Source of the DNA: Dehalococcoidia bacterium
GTDB taxonomy: Bacteria; Chloroflexota; Dehalococcoidia; Lucifugimonadales; UBA826
Direction: 5' to 3'
Assembly (NCBI GenBank): GCA_029936675.1
Contig: JAPYSB010000008.1
Coordinates: forward strand, 3,110-67,109
DNA: 64,000 nucleotides
The notes beneath the pieces are model-generated. The model saw only the letters and a list, made by a program, of their open reading frames with translations. It was not told the DNA's origin and searched no databases. Position 1 is the stretch's first letter; every line of letters begins with the position of its first letter. Below are positions 28,673 to 39,252 of this stretch, in pieces. Position numbers and translations under genes: made by a program.

Positions 28673-29011
28673 GTGAGTATAAGAGCAAAATCGAGTAATA
28701 CAGGGATATCGGTAAAAAAACTGAAGCCTATAGCTAATTTAGTTAGGGGTATGAAGGTCGATGAGGCCTTGATAGCCTTGCAATTTATGCAGTCGCCAGC
28801 GGCAGCTAGGGTTGCAAAAACTGTAAAATCAGCGGCTTCAAATGCAGAAAATGAACTGATGGCTCGGAGCGAGGATTTAAAAATAATCGAAATATTTGCT
28901 AATGAGGGCCCTCGACTCAAAAGATTTAGAGCTCGAGCGAAGGGAAGAGTTGGACGTATTAATAGAAGAAGTAGCCATATAACAGTTGTAGTTGAAGAGG
29001 AGGAACTGTAG
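28673..29011 (+). CDS. rplV: 50S ribosomal protein L22
   Basis: 112 aa with a GTG start. [20 protein letters not shown]...AA. Confidence 0.96.
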   Translation: MSIRAKSSNTGISVKKLKPIANLVRGMKVDEALIALQFMQSPAAARVAKTVKSAASNAENELMARSEDLKIIEIFANEGPRLKRFRARAKGRVGRINRRSSHITVVVEEEEL

Positions 29012-29012
29012 T

Positions 29013-29849
29013 TTGGGACAGAAAATTCACCCTAATGGTTTTAGAGTAGGCATTACTAGAGATTGGCATGCTACTTGGTTTGCTGGGCAAAAAGAGTACG
29101 CTAGCCTTGTGAAAGAGGATATTAATATCCGGCAAGCAATAGATGTGATGTATGAAGATGCTGGAATATCAAAGGTTGATATCGAAAGGGATTCTAATGA
29201 GGTGGCAGTCACCATCCATACCGCAAGACCCGGTATTGTGATTGGTAGAGGAGGGGTGAGGGTAGACGAGCTTAGGAAACATTTGGAAACCCTTACAGGA
29301 AACCGTAGAGCCAAACTTAATGTAGTAGAGGTTAGGCAAGCAGAATTAGATGCCTATCTCGTAGCTCGCAACGTCGCCGACCAACTTGAAAGGAGAATAG
29401 CCTTTAGAAGAGCTATTCGACAGGCAGTAATGCGAACAATGCAGGCTGGGGCTGAGGGAATAAAAATCACATGTTCAGGAAGACTTGCTGGTGCGGATAT
29501 AGCCAGAGCAGAGAAAGCGATGGAAGGGAGGGTTCCTTTGCACACCCTTAGGGCAGACATAGATTATGGTTTAGCAGAGGCTAAAACAGAGTTCGGTGTC
29601 ATTGGGGTAAAAGTATGGATTTGCAGAGGAGAAATATTGAACCCCACGATAATTGGGGAAAATTCATCTAGTTCAGAACAAACTGCTGCTTCAAACGAAA
29701 TAGAAGAAATAGATGTGGCACCAATCCAGGTGATGGTTACGGCTCAAGATGATAATCCCGTTTCTACAGGATCTCCGTTGGATCAAACAGAATCGGTGAA
29801 CGAAGACAACAAGAAAGATGAAGGGGCAAATACAGATGCTTCAACCTAA
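29013..29849 (+). CDS. rpsC: 30S ribosomal protein S3 with a roughly 68-aa acidic C-terminal tail
   Basis: TTG start giving (M)[13 protein letters not shown], with KH and S3-C domains. The core ends near VWICRGEIL (about aa 209), and a low-complexity tail runs to aa 278. Confidence 0.95.
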   Translation: MGQKIHPNGFRVGITRDWHATWFAGQKEYASLVKEDINIRQAIDVMYEDAGISKVDIERDSNEVAVTIHTARPGIVIGRGGVRVDELRKHLETLTGNRRAKLNVVEVRQAELDAYLVARNVADQLERRIAFRRAIRQAVMRTMQAGAEGIKITCSGRLAGADIARAEKAMEGRVPLHTLRADIDYGLAEAKTEFGVIGVKVWICRGEILNPTIIGENSSSSEQTAASNEIEEIDVAPIQVMVTAQDDNPVSTGSPLDQTESVNEDNKKDEGANTDAST

Positions 29850-30261
29850 AAGGGTGAAATATAGAAACCACCACAGGGGTAGGAGAAAAGGATTATCTGT
29901 TGCTGGCAGTTCCCTAAATTTCGGGGATTTTGGACTTAAGGCCACGGAAAACGCTTGGGTAACTTCCCGACAAATCGAGGCTGCCAGAAGAGCCATGACT
30001 AGGTATGCCAGGAGAGGCGGAAGAATGTGGGTAAGAGTGTTCCCTGATAAAAGTGTAACGGCTAGGGCTGCAGAAACTAGGATGGGAAAAGGTAAGGGAG
30101 CTCCAGATCATTGGGTTGCAGTTGTTAAACCAGGCAAAATAATGTTTGAGATGGCTGGCATACCGGAGGAAATTGCTAAACATGCACTTACTTTGGCCGC
30201 ATCAAAAATGCCTATGGGAACCCGAATTGTTTCTAGGACTAATGTAAGGTCTAAAGAATAG
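29836..30261 (+). CDS. rplP: 50S ribosomal protein L16
   Basis: [19 protein letters not shown]...RMGKGKG. The start is trimmed to ATG 29836, which overlaps the rpsC end by 14 nt. Confidence 0.97.
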   Translation: MLQPKRVKYRNHHRGRRKGLSVAGSSLNFGDFGLKATENAWVTSRQIEAARRAMTRYARRGGRMWVRVFPDKSVTARAAETRMGKGKGAPDHWVAVVKPGKIMFEMAGIPEEIAKHALTLAASKMPMGTRIVSRTNVRSKE

Positions 30262-30311
30262 AATAATTAACAAACCAAAGAAAAACTTCAAACCACAACA
30301 GTGAGCTAATT

Positions 30312-30518
30312 ATGGCGGAGATTGACGACATTAGAAACATGAATGATCAAGATTTAGAAGAGAATCTTGACTCTATCCAAAAAGCCCTTATGAATTTGAG
30401 ATTTAGAACTGCAACAATGCAAATTACCGATACCACCGAAGTAAAAAGAACTCAGAGGAAGATAGCAAGGATAATGACAGTTATAAGAGAAAGAGAGATA
30501 TCAGAGAGTTCCTTATGA
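30312..30518 (+). CDS. rpmC: 50S ribosomal protein L29
   Basis: 68 aa with the LRFR...Q...T..VKR..R.IAR pattern. Confidence 0.95.
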   Translation: MAEIDDIRNMNDQDLEENLDSIQKALMNLRFRTATMQITDTTEVKRTQRKIARIMTVIREREISESSL

Positions 30519-30838
30519 GTAACGACCGTAGAAAGATAAGAGTGGGACGAGTAGTCAGTCAGAAAATGGATAAAACCGTCGTCGTTTCGGTTGAATGGAG
30601 CCAGCCCCACCGGATATATAAAAAAAACGTCAAGCGCTGGAATAAATTTGTGGTTCACGATGAGGGAAACTCTTGCAATCTTGGAGATACGGTTCGGATT
30701 GTAGAAACTAGGCCTTTGTCTAAAACCAAAAGGTGGAAAGTGACTGAAATAATACAAGAAGGTGATGTGGCAGAGGTTCAACCGGGAGAGATAACTGTTC
30801 CTGGAATGAATGAAGATGACGGGAAAGATAGCGAGTAA
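30515..30838 (+). CDS. rpsQ: 30S ribosomal protein S17
   Basis: [14 protein letters not shown]...HDE.N.C..GD.V.I.E.RPLSKTK.W. ATGA overlap with rpmC. Confidence 0.96.
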   Translation: MSNDRRKIRVGRVVSQKMDKTVVVSVEWSQPHRIYKKNVKRWNKFVVHDEGNSCNLGDTVRIVETRPLSKTKRWKVTEIIQEGDVAEVQPGEITVPGMNEDDGKDSE

Positions 30839-30855
30839 ACGTTGAGGCGACAACA

Positions 30856-31224
30856 ATGATACAAATATATACGAGATTAAAGGTTGCAGACAACTCTGGC
30901 GCAAGAGTTATAAGTTGTATAGGAGTGCCAGGTGGGTCTGGAAGAAAATATGCTTGGCTGGGTGATGTAATAGTTGCCTCAGTAAAAGATGCTGCACCTG
31001 CAGCTGGGGTGAAAAAGGGCGAGGTAGTTAAGGCTGTAGTTGTGAGAACCGCAAAATCCCACCGAAGAAAAGACGGGTCACACATTAAATTTGATGAGAA
31101 CGCAGCCGTGATCATCGATGAAAACAAAATGCCTCGAGGAACTCGTATCTTCGGGCCTGTAGCTCGAGAATTAAGGGATAAAGATTTCATGAGGATTGTG
31201 TCTCTTGCCCCGGAGGTCATATAA
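30856..31224 (+). CDS. rplN: 50S ribosomal protein L14
   Basis: [17 protein letters not shown]...IRFDENAAV-type sequence, 122 aa. Confidence 0.98.
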   Translation: MIQIYTRLKVADNSGARVISCIGVPGGSGRKYAWLGDVIVASVKDAAPAAGVKKGEVVKAVVVRTAKSHRRKDGSHIKFDENAAVIIDENKMPRGTRIFGPVARELRDKDFMRIVSLAPEVI

Positions 31225-31227
31225 GAA

Positions 31228-31536
31228 ATGAAGATAAGGAAAAACGACAATGTGTTGGTGATTAAGGGAAAGGATAAAGGTAGGCAAGGACCGGTCCAAA
31301 GTGTGTTTCCAGGTAGAGGAAAAGTTTTAGTTGAGGGCATCAATATAGTTAAACAACACAGAAAAGCTCAAGGCATGAGTGGGGCTGAAATTGTGGAGAA
31401 AGAACTCCCGGTAGCGGTTGCTAATGTGATGCTTGTTTGTACTCACTGCCAAAAGCCGGCAAAAGTATCAAACAGAATAATGGGAGACGGTTCGAAGGGG
31501 AGAATCTGCAAAAATTGCGAAGAGGTTATTGAATAA
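31228..31536 (+). CDS. rplX: 50S ribosomal protein L24 (CxxC...CxxC form)
   Basis: [24 protein letters not shown] motif. The C-terminus has CTHC...CKNC. Confidence 0.96.
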   Translation: MKIRKNDNVLVIKGKDKGRQGPVQSVFPGRGKVLVEGINIVKQHRKAQGMSGAEIVEKELPVAVANVMLVCTHCQKPAKVSNRIMGDGSKGRICKNCEEVIE

Positions 31537-32123
31537 TGCCAGATGATAATACCAATCAATCTGCCCCCCCGAGTGGTAGTGTGCCTCGCCTTCTACAAAA
31601 GGTAAGAGATGAAATAGGTCCGGAGATGATGAAGGAATTTGGCTACAGTAGCGTGATGCAGGTACCTCGTTTGGACAAGGTGGTTATCAACATTGGGTTA
31701 GGAGAAGCCTTACAAAATGCTAAAGCCATTGAAAGTGTGACGGCTGATCTGAGCCGTATTACAGGCCAAAGGCCTGTGACCACTAAGGCTAAGAAATCGA
31801 TAGCAGGATTCAAGATAAGAGAAGGAATGCCCATAGGTGCCATGGTGACTATAAGAGGCCGAAGAATGTACGAATTTACTGATAGGCTTTTGAATGCGTC
31901 ATTGCCAAGAATAAGGGACTTCCAAGGCCTTTCAAGGAATTCTTTCGACGGTAGGGGAAACTATTCAATTGGAATAAGGGAACACACCATATTTCCGGAA
32001 ATTGATTACAACTCCATTGACAGGATACGTGGTATGCAAATTGTGATAGTTACATCTGCTGTAAATGATCAAGAAGGCATGAGGTTTCTAGAATTGGCTG
32101 GGATGCCTTTTATAAGAAACTAA
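31536..32123 (+). CDS. rplE: 50S ribosomal protein L5
   Basis: [16 protein letters not shown]...RDFQGL...[18 protein letters not shown]. Confidence 0.97.
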   Translation: MPDDNTNQSAPPSGSVPRLLQKVRDEIGPEMMKEFGYSSVMQVPRLDKVVINIGLGEALQNAKAIESVTADLSRITGQRPVTTKAKKSIAGFKIREGMPIGAMVTIRGRRMYEFTDRLLNASLPRIRDFQGLSRNSFDGRGNYSIGIREHTIFPEIDYNSIDRIRGMQIVIVTSAVNDQEGMRFLELAGMPFIRN

Positions 32124-32168
32124 GCAGTTGAATAAAATTAGGATTAATAATTTTCTAAGGATATAAAA

Positions 32169-32474
32169 GTGGCAAAGAAATCATCTGTTGCAAGAAATGA
32201 GAAGAGACGAAGACTGGCGGAAAAATATGCTGAGAAAAGACAACAACTTCAGGGCGTTATAAAGGACACCAATTCATCTTTGGAGGCGCGCGCGGAGGCT
32301 AGGATAGAGATGTCAAAATTGCCTAGGAATGCTAATCCAGTAAGAATAAGAAATCGGTGCCTGCTAACTGGCAGGCCTCATGGTTATATCAGATATTTTG
32401 GATTGTCTCGTATAGCCTTTCGTGAGATGGCACATGCGGGTGAACTACCTGGTGTAAAAAAGGCAAGTTGGTAG
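32169..32474 (+). CDS. rpsN: 30S ribosomal protein S14, long Cys-less form
   Basis: 101 aa with a GTG start. [35 protein letters not shown]. No CxxC pairs. Confidence 0.96.
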   Translation: MAKKSSVARNEKRRRLAEKYAEKRQQLQGVIKDTNSSLEARAEARIEMSKLPRNANPVRIRNRCLLTGRPHGYIRYFGLSRIAFREMAHAGELPGVKKASW

Positions 32475-32484
32475 GTAAAAGAAT

Positions 32485-32886
32485 ATGTCAGTAACAGATC
32501 CGATAGCAGATATGCTCACAAGAATTCGAAATGCAGTGATGGTTGGCCATGAATCAGTCGATGTGCCAGTCTCTGGCTTAAAGGTAGAGATAGCTCAAAT
32601 ATTGGAAAAGGAAGGGTTTGTGGAAGGGTATGAGATACAGAATGAGGGTCAAATTGATTCAACTATACAATTGAACCTCCATTATTGGCAAAAAGGAGAA
32701 CCTGCAATAACTGGATTAAAGCGAATCAGCAAACCAGGTCTTCGCATATACTCCAAAAATAGCGAATTACCGATTGTATATGGCAATAGGGGAATTGCTG
32801 TGATCTCAACAAATAAAGGTGTTATGACCGGGATAGAGGCAAAACGGAGTGGGGTAGGTGGTGAGGTTTTATTCTACGTTTGGTAG
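32485..32886 (+). CDS. rpsH: 30S ribosomal protein S8
   Basis: MSVTDPIADMLTRIRNA...GGEVLFYVW. Confidence 0.98.
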   Translation: MSVTDPIADMLTRIRNAVMVGHESVDVPVSGLKVEIAQILEKEGFVEGYEIQNEGQIDSTIQLNLHYWQKGEPAITGLKRISKPGLRIYSKNSELPIVYGNRGIAVISTNKGVMTGIEAKRSGVGGEVLFYVW

Positions 32887-32897
32887 GGAGAATTTTT

Positions 32898-33440
32898 ATG
32901 TCGAGAATTGGAAATCAATTAATACAAATACCATCGGGCGTTGATGTAACTATCGATGGGACAGAGGTCACAGTAAAAGGTCCCAAGGGTAGTTTAAGTC
33001 AAAATTTCCACCAGGATATGATGGTTAGCCGAGATGGGGACATACTCAAAGTCACTAGACCTAGTGACGAAAGCGAACATAAAGCTTTTCATGGACTGAC
33101 CAGAAGCCTGCTATCCAATATGGTAGAGGGAGTTAGTGAGGGATTTACTAAAGAATTAGAATTAGTAGGTGTCGGGTACAGGGTGCAACAAAAAGGAAAA
33201 GGAATAACTTTGAATGTCATGTTCAGCCATTCAGTGGAAATACAACCTGATTCGGGCGTTGAATTAGAAGTGGACGGAAATACGCATATAAAAGTGTCAG
33301 GTATTGATAAACAGGTTGTTGGCCAATTGGCCTCCCATATTCGCAAGGTAAGACCACCAAACGTATATACGGGTAAGGGCATCAGGTATGCTGGCGAGGT
33401 GGTGAAGCTGAAACCTGGGAAGAGTGCAAGGAGAACCTAA
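32898..33440 (+). CDS. rplF: 50S ribosomal protein L6
   Basis: MSRIGNQLIQIPSGVDV...VRPPNVYTGKGIRYAGE. The start is trimmed to ATG 32898. Confidence 0.97.
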   Translation: MSRIGNQLIQIPSGVDVTIDGTEVTVKGPKGSLSQNFHQDMMVSRDGDILKVTRPSDESEHKAFHGLTRSLLSNMVEGVSEGFTKELELVGVGYRVQQKGKGITLNVMFSHSVEIQPDSGVELEVDGNTHIKVSGIDKQVVGQLASHIRKVRPPNVYTGKGIRYAGEVVKLKPGKSARRT

Positions 33441-33443
33441 ATT

Positions 33444-33815
33444 ATGTCAGCTTTAAATGGAAAGATGAGAAGGGTGGTTCGTCACAAAAGGCTGAGGTCT
33501 AAGATTTCAGGCACCGCCGAGAGACCGCGGTTAGCAGTCTATAGAAGTATTTCACACATATATGCCCAATTGATTGATGATGTGGAAGGAAGCACTATTG
33601 CAGCTGCCTCTTCTCTAGAGAATGAATTGAAAGATAAAGATAAAGATAAAGACTCGGGAAAGATATCAATATCAAAAGTGGTTGGAGAGTCAATAGGTAG
33701 GAGAGCATCCGAAAAAGGAATAAGTGAAATAGTATTTGACCGAGGCGGATATAAATACCACGGAAGAATCAAGGCAGTTGCCGAAGGGGCTAGGGAAGCG
33801 GGGTTAAAATTTTAG
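33444..33815 (+). CDS. rplR: 50S ribosomal protein L18
   Basis: [20 protein letters not shown]...[25 protein letters not shown]. Contains a KDKDKD insert. Confidence 0.97.
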   Translation: MSALNGKMRRVVRHKRLRSKISGTAERPRLAVYRSISHIYAQLIDDVEGSTIAAASSLENELKDKDKDKDSGKISISKVVGESIGRRASEKGISEIVFDRGGYKYHGRIKAVAEGAREAGLKF

Positions 33816-33856
33816 CAGGTATATTAATAATATGCCCAGATTTAGGTGTTAAATAG

Positions 33857-34417
33857 ATGCAGGAAAAACAGGACCGAAGAAGAAACAAAGATCGAGAAGA
33901 AGAGTCTCCAATAACGGAACGCACTGTTCGCATCAATAGAGTCTCGAAGGTGGTGAAAGGTGGGCGACATCTCAGTTTCAGTGCCCTTGTAGTGGTTGGC
34001 GATGGAGAAGGACGAGTTGGGATAGGCATGGGGAAAGCTTCTGCTGTGCCAGACGCCATCACCAAAGGTTCTGCATATGCACAAAAAAATATGGTGAATA
34101 TTCCATTGAAGGGAGATACCATCGCTCATGACGTTTCAGCTAAATTTGGCGGGAGTATGGTAATGCTGAAGCCAGCCCCTCCTGGCACAGGGGTGATAGC
34201 CGGAGAATCAGTCAGGGCAGTTGTTGAATTGGTGGGGGTGAAGGATATTGTTACTAAAGTGAGGCGAAGCACCAATCCGACTAATGTTGTTAAAGCAACC
34301 CTCAAAGGGCTCCAAATGCTAAGGGATCCCGAAGTTGAGATTTCTCGGAGGCGGGAATACGCACAGCGGACCGCACTTGCAAAGAATGAAGCGCTTTCAC
34401 AGGATCCATCAGATTAA
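33857..34417 (+). CDS. rpsE: 30S ribosomal protein S5
   Basis: INRVSKVVKGGR.LSFSALVVVGDGEGRVG.G.GKA..V..A. Confidence 0.97.
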   Translation: MQEKQDRRRNKDREEESPITERTVRINRVSKVVKGGRHLSFSALVVVGDGEGRVGIGMGKASAVPDAITKGSAYAQKNMVNIPLKGDTIAHDVSAKFGGSMVMLKPAPPGTGVIAGESVRAVVELVGVKDIVTKVRRSTNPTNVVKATLKGLQMLRDPEVEISRRREYAQRTALAKNEALSQDPSD

Positions 34418-34428
34418 GGTATCGCAAA

Positions 34429-34611
34429 ATGGCAAAGATTTCGGTTACATGGAAAAAAAGCACCATAGGTTATTCTCAAAAACAAAGAAGAATAATAGAG
34501 AGTTTGGGACTTAGAAAACTAAACCATACAGTGGTGCATGAAGCATCCCCTTCTATTATAGGGATGCTAAAGAAGGTAGGGCACTTGGTCGAGGTTAGAG
34601 AAGGGGAATAA
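34429..34611 (+). CDS. rpmD: 50S ribosomal protein L30
   Basis: 60 aa. KISVTWKKSTIGYSQKQRRIIESLGLRKLN. Confidence 0.95.
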   Translation: MAKISVTWKKSTIGYSQKQRRIIESLGLRKLNHTVVHEASPSIIGMLKKVGHLVEVREGE

Positions 34612-34639
34612 TAGGGATTGATAATTTAGGTATTTAGAT

Positions 34640-35095
34640 ATGACTATGCAACATCACACAATAAAACCCTCAGGATCTAAATCTGGGAAGCGAAAACGGA
34701 TTGGCCGAGGGGACGGTAGTGGAAATGGGAGTTTTTCCGGTAAAGGGATGAAAGGCCAAAAATCCAGAAGCGGCGGGGGCGTTAGACCAGGGTTTGAGGG
34801 TGGTCAACTACCTTTGATCAAAAGAATGCCGTCTTTGAGAGGGTTCACAAATATTTTTAAAACAAAATATTATCTAGTAAACATAGATAGTATTTGTCGT
34901 ATGTACCCGAACGGGGGCGAAGTATCCCCGCAAGGACTAGTTCAAAGTGGAGTTGTTAAAGATGAGAAATTACCTTTAAAAATTTTAGGTAGGGGTGAAA
35001 TAACGGTAAATTTGAAGATCTCTGCTCATAAATTCACGAAATCTGCTAAGAATAAAATTGAGACGGCCGGCGGGACAATACAGGTAATAGACTAG
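34640..35095 (+). CDS. rplO: 50S ribosomal protein L15
   Basis: KRIGRGDGSGNG..SGKGMKGQKSRSGGGVRPGFEGGQLPL. Confidence 0.96.
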   Translation: MTMQHHTIKPSGSKSGKRKRIGRGDGSGNGSFSGKGMKGQKSRSGGGVRPGFEGGQLPLIKRMPSLRGFTNIFKTKYYLVNIDSICRMYPNGGEVSPQGLVQSGVVKDEKLPLKILGRGEITVNLKISAHKFTKSAKNKIETAGGTIQVID

Positions 35096-36433
35096 ATGGT
35101 TCGACAAGCTCAATCGTCTCGATCTGATCAATTATCGCGACCTCAATTAATCCAGTCTATGCTGGATGCGATGAAGGTTCCAGATTTACGATACAAAATC
35201 CTTTTCACCTTTGCAATGCTTCTTATTTTTAGGTTTGTTGCTCACGTTCCAGTACCTGGCGTTGATACTCAAGCCTTATCCCAAGCATTTCGTGATCAAG
35301 CACTTCTAGGATTCTTGGATTTATTCAGTGGTGGTGCGTTATCGAATTTAAGCGTGGCGGCTCTAGGTGTTTACCCATATATCACCGCTTCGATCGTTAT
35401 GCAGATACTCACCCCAGTTATGCCTGGACTCAAAGAGTTATCTCAGGAAGGGGAGTTTGGGCGCCAAAAAATCAACCAATACACCCATTTTTTAACAGTT
35501 CCGATTGCTTTTATGCAAGGGTGGGGGCAGTTAACCCTTCTCAGATCGTCTGGAGTGCTTCCCGGAGTCGATTTTGGTCTAAATTTGCATACCTTTGCCA
35601 TGATGTTGTCACTTGTTGCAGGTACCATGTTTTTGGTGTGGCTGGGCGAGCTAATAACTGAGAGAGGTCTTGGTAACGGGGTCTCCCTAATCATATTCGG
35701 TGGCATCGTTGCAAGCCTGCCACAAATGCTGGGAAGAGGATTTCTAGAAAATGACTATGTATCTACACTAATTACGCTTGGAGTAATTGCGTTTGCATTG
35801 ATCTATATAATCGTCTTTTTTAATGAGGCACAGCGTAGGGTGCCAGTGCAGTATGGCAGAAGTGTCTTCCGTGGAGGACGAATGCAGCGCCAGAGCGGGT
35901 CTTCTTTTTTGCCTATCAGAGTGAACACGGCAGGTATGATCCCGTTGATTTTTGCTTTTTCAATAATAATCTTGCCAGGGACGATTGCTAGCTACTTTAA
36001 CGATCCACTGAGCGATGGGTTTTTGAATTCGATCGCTTCTTTTTTTGCAAGTACTTTGGATCCATCAAATCTTCCCTACTGGATAGCTGTTTTTATATTG
36101 GTAGTAATGTTTACTTTTTTCTATACCCTGGTAATTTTCCAACAGCAGAATCTTGCTGAAACTTTACAAAGAAACGGGGGATTTATACCTGGGATACGCC
36201 CGGGATTGCCAACTCAAGAGTATTTAAATAGGGTGATAATTAGAATCACTTGGGGAGGAGCTCTTTTTCTCGGTGGCATCGCAATAGTCCCATACTTTGT
36301 CTCTGAGCTAACTGGAATTCAAGCCTTAACCTTAAGTAGTACTAGTTTGCTAATTATGGTTGGAGTGGCCTTGGATACTATGCGGCAGTTGGAATCTCAG
36401 CTATTGATGCGTAACTATGAAGGATTTTTATAG
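35096..36433 (+). CDS. secY: Preprotein translocase subunit SecY
   Basis: 445 aa with 10 TM segments. LRYKILFTF..L.IFR....PVPGV and GVYPYITASIVMQIL. Confidence 0.97.
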   Translation: MVRQAQSSRSDQLSRPQLIQSMLDAMKVPDLRYKILFTFAMLLIFRFVAHVPVPGVDTQALSQAFRDQALLGFLDLFSGGALSNLSVAALGVYPYITASIVMQILTPVMPGLKELSQEGEFGRQKINQYTHFLTVPIAFMQGWGQLTLLRSSGVLPGVDFGLNLHTFAMMLSLVAGTMFLVWLGELITERGLGNGVSLIIFGGIVASLPQMLGRGFLENDYVSTLITLGVIAFALIYIIVFFNEAQRRVPVQYGRSVFRGGRMQRQSGSSFLPIRVNTAGMIPLIFAFSIIILPGTIASYFNDPLSDGFLNSIASFFASTLDPSNLPYWIAVFILVVMFTFFYTLVIFQQQNLAETLQRNGGFIPGIRPGLPTQEYLNRVIIRITWGGALFLGGIAIVPYFVSELTGIQALTLSSTSLLIMVGVALDTMRQLESQLLMRNYEGFL

Positions 36434-36466
36434 GGTTCACATGTATCAATGCAAAGGCGAGTGGGT

Positions 36467-37105
36467 ATGAAAATAATCCTTATGGGCCCACCAGGTTCGG
36501 GTAAAGGCACGCAGGCTTCCTTTCTAGCTTCCCTTGTGCAGGTTAATAGTGTGTCGTCTGGAGATCTGTTTAGGGAGAACCTAGCTAATGATACTGAGTT
36601 AGGAAAATTGGCCAAGACCTATATGGATCAAGGTAAATATGTACCCGACGACGTGACAATAAATATGGTGAGTTCCTGGATAGAAGATCCTGAAAATAAT
36701 GGAGGATTCATTTTAGATGGATTTCCTCGGACACTGTCGCAAGCACGAGCATTAGATGATCTCCTAAGTGAGTTAGGTGGGATTGATAAAGTAATATTGT
36801 TCAAGGTGCCGGAATTGGAGTTGGTAAAAAGGTTGTCTGGAAGACTGCTGTGTAGAAAATGCCAAACTCCATATCACAAAGAATTCTCCCCTCCCATAAG
36901 TGACGGTGTATGCGATAAATGTGGTGGTGATTTGTTTCAACGAGATGATGATTCAGAGGTTGTTGCGATGGAGCGGCTAAAGGTATATAGACAAGAAACT
37001 GACCCAGTTGTTGAAAGGTATAGAGGAATTGGCAATATACTCGAAATAGATGGGTCTCTCCCAATACGCGTGGTTGAAAAATCTCTAAGGAAGGCTTTGG
37101 GATGA
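36467..37105 (+). CDS. adk: Adenylate kinase (Cys4 zinc-lid type)
   Basis: MKIILMGPPGSGKGTQ P-loop. Lid is CRKC...CDKC. The start is trimmed to ATG 36467. Confidence 0.96.
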   Translation: MKIILMGPPGSGKGTQASFLASLVQVNSVSSGDLFRENLANDTELGKLAKTYMDQGKYVPDDVTINMVSSWIEDPENNGGFILDGFPRTLSQARALDDLLSELGGIDKVILFKVPELELVKRLSGRLLCRKCQTPYHKEFSPPISDGVCDKCGGDLFQRDDDSEVVAMERLKVYRQETDPVVERYRGIGNILEIDGSLPIRVVEKSLRKALG

Positions 37106-37173
37106 TTACTCTGGCGTGTTCATTGTATAATAGTGTTTCAGCTTTTTCGCTGACGGTTAGAGTAATTTAGTTT

Positions 37174-37959
37174 ATGACGGCCGAAAACGCTAACACCAAA
37201 GGGATAACCGTCAAGGCTCCTCGAGAGATTAGTTTAATGAGAGAGGCAGGGCGCATTATAGCCGAAGCCAAATCAGCGGTGAAAGATGCTTTGGCCCCCG
37301 GGGTAACTAGCGCAGAGATGGACGCTTTAGCGGAGGAGATAATAAAAAAAAGGGGAGCTATTCCTTCATTTAAAGGATATCAACCATCCCCTCATATGCC
37401 GCCCTTTCCAGCTACGATCTGTTTCTCCTTTAACGAAGAAATTGTGCATGGCATTCCGAGTGATCGTAAGATGCAAGATGGCGATATAGTCAGTGTAGAT
37501 TTTGGAGCGATAGTAGAAGGATATCATGGGGATAGCGCATTCACGGCAGGGGTAGGGCTAGTAACAAAAGCAGCTCAGAAACTGATCGACGTGACCGCGG
37601 AATCTTTATTTGCCGGTATAGCAAAGGCTATACCTGGGAACCGGCTGACTGACATATCTAATGCGATACAGGTTTATGCAGAAGCTGAAGGGTTTTCAGT
37701 TGTCAGGGAATACGTGGGACATGGGATAGGTAGAGCCCTTCATGAAGAACCGCAAATCCCGAACTATGGAAGTCCCGGTAGAGGCCCTTTATTGCAAGAA
37801 GGTATGGTATTAGCGATTGAACCGATGCTTAATATAGGCACATGGAAAACCAAAATAATGCCGGATGGCTGGACTGTGGTAACTGAGGATGGGGAATTAT
37901 CGGCCCATTCAGAACATACTGTGGCAATAACTCCTGAAGGTTCTGAGGTTTTGACATAA
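37174..37959 (+). CDS. map: Type I methionine aminopeptidase
   Basis: Metal ligands in DIVSVDFG...GYHGDSA...HGIG...EPM. 261 aa. Confidence 0.96.
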   Translation: MTAENANTKGITVKAPREISLMREAGRIIAEAKSAVKDALAPGVTSAEMDALAEEIIKKRGAIPSFKGYQPSPHMPPFPATICFSFNEEIVHGIPSDRKMQDGDIVSVDFGAIVEGYHGDSAFTAGVGLVTKAAQKLIDVTAESLFAGIAKAIPGNRLTDISNAIQVYAEAEGFSVVREYVGHGIGRALHEEPQIPNYGSPGRGPLLQEGMVLAIEPMLNIGTWKTKIMPDGWTVVTEDGELSAHSEHTVAITPEGSEVLT

Positions 37960-37990
37960 AAAGGGCAGGAAGACTAACGATAGGAGCTTT

Positions 37991-38215
37991 ATGACTAAAA
38001 AGGAGAAAGAGTCAATAGAAGTAGAAGGTACTGTGCTAGAAGCACTGCCTAATGCGTCTTTTAAAGTTGAACTCGCCAATGGGCATGAAGTACTAGCCTA
38101 TATATCAGGGAAGTTGAGGGTTAATTATATTCGGGTTTTGCCTGGTGATAGAGTGCTGGTGGACCTATCTCCATACGACCTAACAAGGGGTAGGATTACA
38201 TATAGATTTAGATAG
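37991..38215 (+). CDS. infA: Translation initiation factor IF-1
   Basis: [44 protein letters not shown]. Confidence 0.98.
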   Translation: MTKKEKESIEVEGTVLEALPNASFKVELANGHEVLAYISGKLRVNYIRVLPGDRVLVDLSPYDLTRGRITYRFR

Positions 38216-38265
38216 TTTATTAATGAATCTGAGAAAAACGATAGTAGTACGAAATGGAGTAAGTT

Positions 38266-38379
38266 ATGAAGGTTAGCGCTTCCGTGAAAGTTAGGTGCGC
38301 TAAGTGCCGGGTTATTCGTCGTAAAGGTCGGGTAAGGATTATCTGCGAAAATCCCAAGCATAAGCAAAGACAAGGATAA
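38266..38379 (+). CDS. rpmJ: 50S ribosomal protein L36 (Cys3-His zinc form)
   Basis: My own translation gives [37 protein letters not shown] (37 aa). It is absent from the ORF track because it is under 60 aa. It sits in the canonical slot between infA and rpsM. Confidence 0.95.
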   Translation: MKVSASVKVRCAKCRVIRRKGRVRIICENPKHKQRQG

Positions 38380-38388
38380 GGGTGACTG

Positions 38389-38766
38389 ATGGCTATAATA
38401 GCAGGAGTGAACATACCAGACGCGAAACGGGTCGAGACCGCATTAACCAGTATCTACGGGATTGGCCCAGCGGTGGCATTGGATGTAGTTAACCAGGCAG
38501 GGATCATTGACAATCCTCGAGTAAAAGATTTGTCAGATGAAGATTTGAATCGAGTCAGAGAAATCATAGATAAAGGACGTTTGGTGGAAGGGGATCTGAG
38601 GAGGGAGGTCAACCAAAATATACGAAGGTTGATCGACATTGGGTGCTATCGAGGAACACGCCATAGGCGAGGGCTACCAGTAAGGGGTCAAAGGACCAAA
38701 ACTAATGCTAGGGCTAAAAGAGGCCGAAAAATGGCTGTTTCGAGGAAACATTCTACAACTAGGTAA
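38389..38766 (+). CDS. rpsM: 30S ribosomal protein S13
   Basis: [22 protein letters not shown]...[21 protein letters not shown]. Confidence 0.98.
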   Translation: MAIIAGVNIPDAKRVETALTSIYGIGPAVALDVVNQAGIIDNPRVKDLSDEDLNRVREIIDKGRLVEGDLRREVNQNIRRLIDIGCYRGTRHRRGLPVRGQRTKTNARAKRGRKMAVSRKHSTTR

Positions 38767-38808
38767 ACGAAATTTCTTAACAGCATTGGTAACCTAAGGA
38801 GTTAAATA

Positions 38809-39195
38809 ATGGCTAGACGGCCGAGGACAAGAAGAAAGGATAGAGGACCTGTACCTTTGGGTAGAGCGTACATTCAGTCCACCTTCAATAATACGATAGT
38901 GACTTTAACTGACCCTACTGGTAACCCGGTTGCCTGGGGAAGTGCAGGAACGGCAGGATTTCGAGGCTCTCGTAAATCAACAGCTTTTGCTGCCCAGAGG
39001 GCTGGAGAAGATGCCGCAAAGAAGGCAATGGATGAAGGGGTAAGGCAGGTAGATATCTTTGTAAGGGGACCAGGAGCTGGAAGGGAGGCCGCGATTAGAG
39101 CCATACAGGGGGCCGGGATAGTTGTTAGTAGCATAAAAGATGTTACTCCCATCCCTCATAACGGATGTCGTCCTCCGAAGAGAAGAAGGGTTTAG
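38809..39195 (+). CDS. rpsK: 30S ribosomal protein S11
   Basis: [18 protein letters not shown]...W.SAG..GF.GSRKST.FAAQ. AAGGAG lies upstream. Confidence 0.98.
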   Translation: MARRPRTRRKDRGPVPLGRAYIQSTFNNTIVTLTDPTGNPVAWGSAGTAGFRGSRKSTAFAAQRAGEDAAKKAMDEGVRQVDIFVRGPGAGREAAIRAIQGAGIVVSSIKDVTPIPHNGCRPPKRRRV

Positions 39196-39252
39196 AAAAT
39201 ATTTTCTACTTACCAAACATGAAACTAACAGAAAAAAACAGAGTGTAAACAT

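Noticed and set aside
30452-31343. Long minus-strand ORFs (150 and 207 aa) antisense to rpsQ, rplN and rplX. Similar antisense ORFs occur throughout the ribosomal block, and at 20593-20940 opposite rpsT.
   Set aside because: Their sequences are low-complexity and unlike real proteins. They are fully overlapped by highly conserved ribosomal genes, so they are typical antisense open frames.
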